64,000 nucleotides of DNA, taken from IMG/VR virus record IMGVR_UViG_3300032607_001790. One strand, written 5' to 3'. Below are positions 49,041-56,981 of the stretch, one piece after another (within the stretch, counting starts at the first letter, position 1; the number at the start of each line of letters is the position of its first letter). The position numbers were made by a program, and so were the translations under genes. The DNA is from an uncultured virus (IMG/VR IMGVR_UViG_3300032607_001790) (Duplodnaviria > Heunggongvirae > Uroviricota > Caudoviricetes). Below the pieces are notes generated by a model. The model made no database searches and was not told the DNA's origin. It saw nothing but the letters and a program-made list of their open reading frames with translations.

Positions 49041-49128
49041 GGTTTTAGCTGGAAGGCAATTTCAGATTACAGGATGAGCCGGACCTTGCAAAGTGCTTGT
49101 AATTTTCCTTTACAAGGCTGGCTGGATC

Positions 49129-49752
49129 TTAAAGAATTAGCGCTGAAAGCTCCTCCAGGAGAAGCAAGCACCATTCTTTTCCTTTTTTAGTGAGCAACTT
49201 TTGGGCCGTAGAATCTGGATCTTTAAGCTGGAGCGATGGGAATGGAATGATGATGCCAGCTTCTATTGCGGCAGCGCGAACACTTTTGATCTCGCCACGG
49301 TTTAAAGCATCAGCCAACTCTGGCGCATCACGACGCAGGCGGGCTTTTAGGTAGGCGGCGCTATTGCTCCTGTGTTTCAACGGGACAATGTCCCCTTGAT
49401 TCTCCCTTGCCTGCACTGATCGTCGGTCGCCACCATGCTCCCCGAAAGCCGCTGCAACAAGCTCATCAGCCTTGATCACCTTGCCAGAAGTAACCTTGAC
49501 GCCTTGAATCAACCAATCCACCCATTCAGGAGGCTGTTGTACATACTGCTTGCACAGTGTGTCCCAGTCAGCAAACACCTCAGGGTGGTACTTGCGCCAC
49601 TTTTCTAATTGCGAGATAGCACTCCTGGCATCCATGCTGCCACTTTTAAGGCTAGGAGCAATGCTCTGCACGAAAACTTTTTTCGCAGTTTCAGGCGATT
49701 GATTTGCGCAATGTTCAGGGGGAAGATCGGGGCGTTTCATCAGGAGATACAA
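49129..49752 (-). CDS. Putative DNA-binding protein (HGGDRRS motif, helical C-terminus)
   Basis: HGGDRRS...SAAYLKARLRRD...KSVRAAAIEAG. Confidence 0.55.
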   Translation of the reverse strand: MYLLMKRPDLPPEHCANQSPETAKKVFVQSIAPSLKSGSMDARSAISQLEKWRKYHPEVFADWDTLCKQYVQQPPEWVDWLIQGVKVTSGKVIKADELVAAAFGEHGGDRRSVQARENQGDIVPLKHRSNSAAYLKARLRRDAPELADALNRGEIKSVRAAAIEAGIIIPFPSLQLKDPDSTAQKLLTKKGKEWCLLLLEELSALIL

Positions 49753-51746
49753 AGAGTGGGGAACTGCCTGGCAAAGTCCTCGCGAGACAATGATCGAAGT
49801 TTTTCATTAATTTCGTTAATAAAAGCATGGCGCTCTGTTAATTCACTTTCCCCCATTGAAACAGTACCAAAACCAAAATTACGCTTAAGCAAGGTATTAA
49901 TTGCTTTATTGGTATCAGGTAGCCTTGATTTATTGAAATTACCAAGAGACAATGCGCGAACCACATTGCTTGCAAGTGTTTTTACAGCTTTTGCATTAGC
50001 GCTACGAGCTTGTTCAATGCGATCAGTACTACCCATAGCATCAACAATTTGTTTTTCTGCTACGCCAATATTCATCTCTAACATAATGTCCCGCATCATT
50101 TTTATTGCCATTAATTCAGCCTCTGCATCATGACCACGAGCAACTGCAATTGACTTCACTTCTTCAAGAAGATGTTGATCTTTCGCTTTTTCCATAAGGC
50201 CATCGACAATATGGACATTTAGTAATTCCACGTCTCCAAACATGATTGGAGGAATAGCGTAAATAGGAGTCACATCGCGAAGACTTCCTAACGGCTTTCG
50301 GTATTCATGTGGTTGCAAATCCTCCATGGAAAGAAAGTAATTCTTAGCTGGATGATCTTCGCTAATAAAAACATCACACAAATCCTCCTCGTATTCAAGG
50401 CTATAGTTACGTCGAAGACCACGACCGAGTTGTTGCATTGCTAAAACGCTTTCGCCAACATCATTAAGGAAGAGCATTACGCTACATTCCACGCAGTTAA
50501 AGCCTTCTGCAGCCTTGCTTACGTTGATCATTACGTCAAGATTGCCAGCAATAAAATCGCGTAACACTTGTTCATTGATTTCATCTGGACGTTTTTCACC
50601 TAACCAATCAGCAGTAAGATCCCCATACTTCACAAAATAGCCTTGAAGGTGTTCTGCATGTTTTTGATCTCTAGCAAACACCAACATACGATGATGTTTT
50701 GTCGAGGGAAGATCTTTTTTGTCAAGCTTCTGACGTTTGTCATTTAAACAATCAACTGCTCCTTGAACTAAGGTGCTTATATATTTATCTTTGTAAGCAA
50801 GAAACTCACGGGCTTCGTTTTTAGCTCTGTGTTTAGGAACACCAGCAGCTTTCCTAACTTCAATATAATCGCCTTCTAATTCACTAAGTTCCTTTGTAGT
50901 CATATCATACATTTCACCGTTAAATTCAACAGTGACAGAATAATCATGAACATGAGTTCTAAAAGGTCTAATAGCTTTTTCATTAATAGCATCAGCAATA
51001 GCCACTTCAACGATTAATTCGGGATCTTTCATTGCCACTGGCATCCCATCGGTGCGTTGTTTGGCAGCGGTTAATCCAAGAACAAACTCAGGATTTTGAT
51101 TTAGCAGTTCACCAACAGAAAGCCCCCATTGGTTCTCCTCTCCATAGCGATGCAATTCGTCTAATGCAATCATCCATCGTTTGCCTGGATAATTCAAAAG
51201 ACGTTTAGCTACATCTAAGTTATTAGTAGACATCAGCGATTGGCAAGTGGCAACAATAACCTCACATTTGTCTTGAATTACTTCGCGAGTGACAATTTTT
51301 AGCAAGTTTGCACTAAGACGATAAGCAACAATTTCATCGCCCCATTTTTCTTTAAAATCAAATTCAATGCCTCCGAGGTAACTAGAAAGTTGTTCTTTGG
51401 ATGGCACAATAATCATGAGCGCATCAACACGCCCTTGAAGCTTTAAAAGCTTATAAGCGAATTCAATGGCATCAGTTTTTCCGTAACCAGTGGGAAAAAT
51501 TGCTTTGGCCGTATTAATAGCAGGATTAGCAGCAAGACCACTGACAAGGGCCAACTGTCCTTCGCGAAGACTGTACTTTTGATTGTTGAGCAGCAAGCTT
51601 TCAGTCAGCTTTTGCTGTGTTTTGTTTGATGACAAGGGAGACATAACAACTCCAGATTTGGAAGGGATGTAGCGCCGCCTTCCGAATAAAGATGTCGATG
51701 ATGAGCTTCGAACTTGTCCGTAAGTTTTGTTTTGCAGCAGGCACAA
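49740..51746 (-). CDS. Superfamily 2 DExH helicase (Res-subunit-like); start uncertain
   Basis: LREGQ, PTGYGKT, DELH, GLTA, EGFN and QQLGRGLR motifs. Confidence 0.88.
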   Translation of the reverse strand: MCLLQNKTYGQVRSSSSTSLFGRRRYIPSKSGVVMSPLSSNKTQQKLTESLLLNNQKYSLREGQLALVSGLAANPAINTAKAIFPTGYGKTDAIEFAYKLLKLQGRVDALMIIVPSKEQLSSYLGGIEFDFKEKWGDEIVAYRLSANLLKIVTREVIQDKCEVIVATCQSLMSTNNLDVAKRLLNYPGKRWMIALDELHRYGEENQWGLSVGELLNQNPEFVLGLTAAKQRTDGMPVAMKDPELIVEVAIADAINEKAIRPFRTHVHDYSVTVEFNGEMYDMTTKELSELEGDYIEVRKAAGVPKHRAKNEAREFLAYKDKYISTLVQGAVDCLNDKRQKLDKKDLPSTKHHRMLVFARDQKHAEHLQGYFVKYGDLTADWLGEKRPDEINEQVLRDFIAGNLDVMINVSKAAEGFNCVECSVMLFLNDVGESVLAMQQLGRGLRRNYSLEYEEDLCDVFISEDHPAKNYFLSMEDLQPHEYRKPLGSLRDVTPIYAIPPIMFGDVELLNVHIVDGLMEKAKDQHLLEEVKSIAVARGHDAEAELMAIKMMRDIMLEMNIGVAEKQIVDAMGSTDRIEQARSANAKAVKTLASNVVRALSLGNFNKSRLPDTNKAINTLLKRNFGFGTVSMGESELTERHAFINEINEKLRSLSREDFARQFPTLCIS

Positions 51747-51817
51747 AGACCTTGCTGATCAAGCAGTAAAATACTGCATTGCCATTGATTGGCGTAACGA
51801 GCTTTAGGATTGAACAT
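51605..51817 (-). CDS. HNH endonuclease (70 aa)
   Basis: C..C...EAHH....GG.T...NL..LC..CH..KH. Confidence 0.85.
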   Translation of the reverse strand: MFNPKARYANQWQCSILLLDQQGLCACCKTKLTDKFEAHHRHLYSEGGATSLPNLELLCLPCHQTKHSKS

Positions 51818-51876
51818 CAGCTATGCCTTGATAGGCTCATCGACCCTTGATGGAGGCGACTTACAAAATATAGCGC

Positions 51877-51908
51877 AAAAAAAAAGGCAAGCATAGTGCC
51901 TGCCTTTG
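51877..51908 (-). terminator. Rho-independent terminator after rlpA
   Basis: AAAGGCAGGCACTATGCTTGCC followed by a T9 run on the minus strand. Confidence 0.7.
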
Positions 51909-51927
51909 CCTTCCTCACACCAGAGGA

Positions 51928-52290
51928 CTATATCACGGAATGGCAGACTTTAGCAACACCTTGGCCGGGGCTAGCAATTCTGCTGAAAGCACCATAACTC
52001 AAGTCCAGATCACGACCAGCAATAAATGGTCCTCTGTCTGTCACTGTAACGACAACGGTTTTGCCATTGTTTGGATTGCTTACCAGGAGCCTGGTGCCAA
52101 ATGGTAGGTAGCGATGGGCCGTAGTAAGGGATTGCGGATTCATCGGCTGACCATTAGCCATTGTTTGCCAGGCATAGCCATCACCATGACCATAGAAGCT
52201 GGCATGAGAGCACATTGAAGCAGCCCCCACTGCAGTAGGCGCAAAAGCACCAAAGGCAATGGAAGCAGAAAGAAAAATTGATTTAAGCAC
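51928..52290 (-). CDS. rlpA: RlpA-family (DPBB) lytic transglycosylase with signal peptide
   Basis: ASFYG..TMANG..LTTAHRYLPFGT..VTVTDRGPF..RDLDLS. Confidence 0.9.
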   Translation of the reverse strand: MLKSIFLSASIAFGAFAPTAVGAASMCSHASFYGHGDGYAWQTMANGQPMNPQSLTTAHRYLPFGTRLLVSNPNNGKTVVVTVTDRGPFIAGRDLDLSYGAFSRIASPGQGVAKVCHSVI

Positions 52291-52394
52291 TGTTTTGGGG
52301 AATAAGGATCAAGGCTGCAGATCTCGCTGCAACCTTCATATTACCACAAAAGGAAAAGCTTGTGTTTTAATGGTCCTGATGTTATGATTATTTT

Positions 52395-52560
52395 GTTGGT
52401 CGGTCCTCCCCGTAAGGATGGACGGCTTTGACAGGAAGGGTTACCCCGTAAGGGATGCCGGGCGCTCATGGTTAGCCTGCAAGGCTTCCTGTCCCTTTGT
52501 TGAGGAGCCAAGCCATCGGAGGCCAATAGAAAGAAAGGGGCCGTAAGGCCCCTTCTTCTT
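52395..52560 (+). ncRNA. Candidate ~165-nt structured sRNA
   Basis: Promoter TTGTGT-N17-TATGAT (52360-52388), nested stems including GACAGGAAG/CTTCCTGTC, three CC-GTAA-GG loops and a terminal hairpin. Confidence 0.55.
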
Positions 52561-52590
52561 GCAGTAAACTAAATCACCAACCACAAAACC

Positions 52591-52767
52591 ATGAAAGTTA
52601 ACGTTCGATTAGTGCTGGAAGATTTAATTGCAGAGGGCATTGCTTTAGGATATCGCCGTTCGTTTAAACACAATGACAAACCAACAGAATCAGATATAAC
52701 GGAACATATCGAAACAGCAATATGGGAGAAGATGCATCAATATTTAAGTTTTGACGATGATTTTTAA
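52591..52767 (+). CDS. 58-aa protein not in ORF track (MKVNVRLVLEDLIAEGIALGYRRSFKH...)
   Basis: ccATG start and clean ORF. Resembles small cyanophage proteins from memory. Confidence 0.6.
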   Translation: MKVNVRLVLEDLIAEGIALGYRRSFKHNDKPTESDITEHIETAIWEKMHQYLSFDDDF

Positions 52768-55030
52768 TTATTTATGCTCATCGAGTTGCTTATTAGTGGT
52801 TTCCATCACATAAGAATAATAAACATCTCTGCCCCTTAAATTCCAAGGGTCAAATTTTGGGTCAGACATACGATATTCACTTTCCATTTGATACCAACCA
52901 TAGCTGAGTTCCTCAAAGAAAGCACAACGGTCTATGTTGTCATCGTAATCAACAAATCGGGAATGAATGCAACACCCCCAAGACCACCAAGCATCTTCAA
53001 ACCATTTTTTCATTTTACTTCTTCTCCAGTTTAGCAAGTTTTTCCTGTGCTATTTTATAAGCACGAGCAGAACTTTCCATCCATTTTTCGGCATACTCTT
53101 CACTTTTGCGTTGTTGTTCTTCCCAATCATGATTTGCCTGACGATATGCCTTCATATCATTAGCATATGCTTTATGCCGATAAGTGAGACCGTCTTCAAT
53201 AGACATTTTCATTTTCCATCTAATTGATATAAAATATTAGCAGCATAAGAACCAAAGTCGATCTTTCCTAACTTTGTACCGCCACAATATTCGGGAACAT
53301 TATCCATTAAGTATTCATCAAAATAAAGAAACACACGAATTGCTTTTAGTTTATTCCGTTTATGAGGTTCCGCAATCACCTCTGCAACCATCTCAAAAAG
53401 TTCATTTAATGTCATCGGGCAATGCCTCCAATGCACGTCTAATGAGGATGTGTTCATCGGTGTTAATTACGGTCATTTGAGTGGGATAATCGGGACCACC
53501 AGCGGTAGCCAAAATCGCTAGCGCTTCCTCCTTTAAGGTCGGCGTCAGCTCAGGCTCAGACAGGGCGGCGCGGGCGCGTTGGCATAATGGATCTTCGTCA
53601 GGAGCAATTACCCAATGCGCGTACCCCTCATTTTCCAAAGCGCTTAATAGCTCAGCGCACAGTGCGCGGTAAGGATTAGTCATTTTAAACTCCAATTGCA
53701 GCAGCATAAGCCGCCAGGTAAGCAAGCTGATCGTCAGCGGTAGGAGCTGCAGTTAGTTCATTATGCTCTTTCTCATGCCTTTTTACTGCCGTTTTTAGGA
53801 TGATTAGCAGTTGCACCATGCTGCCCTGATGGCAAGCCTCAACGCCAGGAAGCAATTGCTCCAGCGTGGTAATGCTGTCCTGAAGCTGTTTTACCAGCAG
53901 GAAGCAGTTCACTACGGGCTGGCCGAAGTTCATTACTAATCTCTCGTTGCTAAAAGCAGAAATGCTGCCGTTGTATTCAGTTTTAATCATGGGTTTTGTT
54001 TGGAGGCTCCATCATCATGCCCATGCCTTTCCCCATTGTCAAGCCTGTCAGCAATTAGTAAAACTTATGCTTATTTCCAACCTTCTGCAATCATTCGATA
54101 TTTACCAACTTGTTGAAAAAATACATGACGATGGGTGCGTTCTATTACATTACGAAATGCTTGTCGCATCTTTCTACTTATTTTCTCTTCTGGTTCTATT
54201 AACCAGCTTTTCGCCCAATCAGCCACTTCTTCAATATCTTTTAAGTCATTAGTACGTGCCACGAAATGATTACCACGTTCTTCAAACTTACGCCATATTG
54301 GATGTACTGGTGGTTCTTGAGCAGCAATTGCTTTTGCCTTTGCTCTTAATAATGGCGGCATATAAAGCAGCACCAATGGTGGAAAAGCAATGGGATCAAT
54401 GGCAACAGGACTAAACATGAGCTTCCTCCTTTAGTTGATAAGCATTTACAATTGCTTGACCTGCATTTAATTCCATTGCTAATTGCATTGCCATTGTTTC
54501 ATCTCTTGCAATTAAAGAAAATTGATCACCATTACCAAGAACAATGGTGAAGACATCCATTATATTTCCTGTTATCATTTGCTTTGCTCCAGGTAATCTT
54601 CAAGGGAGATGTTATCCTTCTCCAACTTCTCTAACATGGCATGAGTAATTGTAGTTTTTATCATTTTTAACCATTGCTCATCACCAGAGAATGAACCTGT
54701 TTGTTGCAATAATTGTAATACTGTAGTGAGACGACTTAAGTCGTCCATAATAGATAAACCTTCTTGAATGCAATCATTATTAATTTGTTTACGTAAGACG
54801 TGAGCATGATAATTATGCCATTGATTCATGCAAAATAAAATAATTTGCCTATATGTTTCATCACCATATTGATTTACTAAGGTAGCAATGGAATTAGCAA
54901 ATACAGGCGGCACTCCAACTAATCCTGCATCATCAAAATAAGGCGTTAAATTATCATCAATGGAGGCAATCGTCTCTTCTTTAACTGATTTGGCTTGACG
55001 AAGGAAATCGTCCACTGAAGAAAAATCCAT
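52768..55030 (-). other. Cluster of small hypothetical ORFs (52768-53012, 53015-53212, 53209-53418, 53402-53683, 53685-53990, 54071-54418, 54575-55030)
   Basis: Coupled minus-strand ORFs. Promoters TTGACA-N17-CATGAT (54014-54042) and TTGACA-N17-CATGCT (55054-55082). Confidence 0.55.
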
Positions 55031-55098
55031 GGAGCAGCAAGAAATGCAATACCAGCATGACGGATATTAGCGCAATTGTCAATAGCCCCATGATTATT

Positions 55099-55797
55099 TC
55101 ATACGCTTATGGTTGCTAATTTCGACGGGGGTTCAGTTGGTTCGTCATTTTCAGCTACGGTGAAGGTTGCATCAATTGCTTGTGCTTTTTCTTCTTTTTC
55201 TTTTACATCACCAATGGTTTTCGCAATATCATCCAAGAAATTCTTATAGCTTTTCTTTTCTTCGCTTTGCGGCTTGATTTCATATAGCCCTAGAACTTTT
55301 GCTTGCTGCTCCAAACAATTCCTTGCAACAGTAAGGAACGATGACTCCCCTGCCGATTCTGTAATGGTAGTTATCTCTCCCCTTTCGGAAACTGTAGTAA
55401 CAATTCGCTTTTTGCTAACTTCAAATTGTGATAATGCTTGTTCTTTTAATTCCATCGCTTCATTTAATAACCTAGCGCGATGACAATCCTGGCTTTTTAA
55501 TATACTTTCAGTCCATAGACTTCTGTTCTGTTGTCTATCAGCATTAACTGTTTCCTTGCTAAGTTTTAATACTCTTGATATTTGCGAATTACTTAAGTTT
55601 GCTGATAACAATTCTTGTACCATATAACGCCTTAAACCAGTGGTTTCTTTTGTATATGGAATCTTACCAGGACCATTACCAATCTTTTCTCGAATCTTCT
55701 CCACTTGTTCAAGGGTCAAGCCGGAATCTACTAATACTTTTAAACTATGACGCACCTCAGATTGATCATCAGGGAAATTAATAATAGGAGTTGCCAT
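55099..55797 (-). CDS. HTH protein, candidate terminase small subunit
   Basis: HTH LSNSQISRVLKLSKETVNAD, helical middle and AG..SFL......EQQAKVLGL pattern. Confidence 0.5.
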   Translation of the reverse strand: MATPIINFPDDQSEVRHSLKVLVDSGLTLEQVEKIREKIGNGPGKIPYTKETTGLRRYMVQELLSANLSNSQISRVLKLSKETVNADRQQNRSLWTESILKSQDCHRARLLNEAMELKEQALSQFEVSKKRIVTTVSERGEITTITESAGESSFLTVARNCLEQQAKVLGLYEIKPQSEEKKSYKNFLDDIAKTIGDVKEKEEKAQAIDATFTVAENDEPTEPPSKLATISV

Positions 55798-55799
55798 GG

Positions 55800-56132
55800 T
55801 TAAAACAATTGCTCTTCTTTAGGAAGTGAATATACCAAACTTTCTTTATAGCTTAAAATTTTGTAATCACCTAAATCATCAGCTAATTTCTTGGTTTCTT
55901 TTAGTTCTTGCTCCATACGTACAATGATATCATTATATTGTTTATTAGCACGTTGTTGTAGTCGCACTGAACCATGAGTTGTAGATTCTTTTTCGATGCC
56001 ATTCTCTTGCATAAATTGTTGTATTTCTTCTCTACATAAAGCTTCAGCTTCGTTAAGTACTTTTTGCTGCAATTTAATACTTTCTAATTTTTCCGTCAAT
56101 TCACTTAAGCCATCCATGATATCAACGGTCAT
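55800..56132 (-). CDS. Coiled-coil hypothetical protein (Gp157-like)
   Basis: Heptad pattern followed by MQENGIEKEST.HG.V. Confidence 0.4.
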   Translation of the reverse strand: MTVDIMDGLSELTEKLESIKLQQKVLNEAEALCREEIQQFMQENGIEKESTTHGSVRLQQRANKQYNDIIVRMEQELKETKKLADDLGDYKILSYKESLVYSLPKEEQLF

Positions 56133-56364
56133 GATTAGACAATGGCGAAGGGGCAAAGTTACGATCAATGAGTTGGGTGATTTCTTCTAAGCTTGAGCGC
56201 CAATGGCGCTCGCCCTTTTTATCTCTTACTCCATATAACATTCTGCTTTTAGGAGATGCACCACGATCAGGCGTTGAATAGCCATGATGATTTAAGACAG
56301 TCACTTCCAGCCCTCTATGTTCCAATGCTGGGAGCACTTCAGGAGAAATAGGACGAAAAGGCAT
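56122..56364 (-). CDS. Hypothetical protein
   Basis: ORF track. Confidence 0.5.
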   Translation of the reverse strand: MPFRPISPEVLPALEHRGLEVTVLNHHGYSTPDRGASPKSRMLYGVRDKKGERHWRSSLEEITQLIDRNFAPSPLSNHDR

Positions 56365-56937
56365 AACAAGGTGCAGTAAACATCATTAGCTTACCACAAA
56401 ATTATTAAAGGTAACAATGAAAAAAGAGACGCAGATCGCTTCATAGGCGAACTGTAGCTGTTTTTTTATGCAACCTTGAAGGAAAGCGAAAGAAAGTTAA
56501 AGCACCTTATGAATGACGACCTTGTGGTCTACCTGATCGTACGGTGCTAAGCGAAAGGAACTTATGGTTTTACCATCGTTTCCTTCTATGCGAAAGCGCC
56601 GGAGGGCAGGAGTGCTTAGGAAACCCTAGGCGCGTAGATAAGAAGGAAAACCTTCGGGACGATTCTACGCACCCCCACCAAGCTCAAATGTGCCAGTCAA
56701 ATAATTGGCACAGAAGCTTTAACCGAACCCTTTAGCAAAGCCTTTGGCAACAGGCTCATCTTCTTCCTCTTCATCAGCATCATCAGGCAGGATCACAGTG
56801 AAAGGCATATCGAGGGGAGCTGCTGGCGGATCGAGGGGAGCTTCCCATGGATCGATGGGAGCTGAAGCTGGCTGATTGATGATTACCACAAAAAAGGATG
56901 CAATGGTTAATAAATTCTAATCGCAATTGTTTTCATT

Positions 56938-56960
56938 AAAAAAGGCCCCAAAGGGCCTTC
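56938..56960 (-). terminator. Rho-independent terminator after primase-helicase
   Basis: GAAGGCCCTTTGGGGCCTTTTTT on the minus strand. Confidence 0.7.
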
Positions 56961-56981
56961 GTGAATTGTTTTGTTTGCTAC

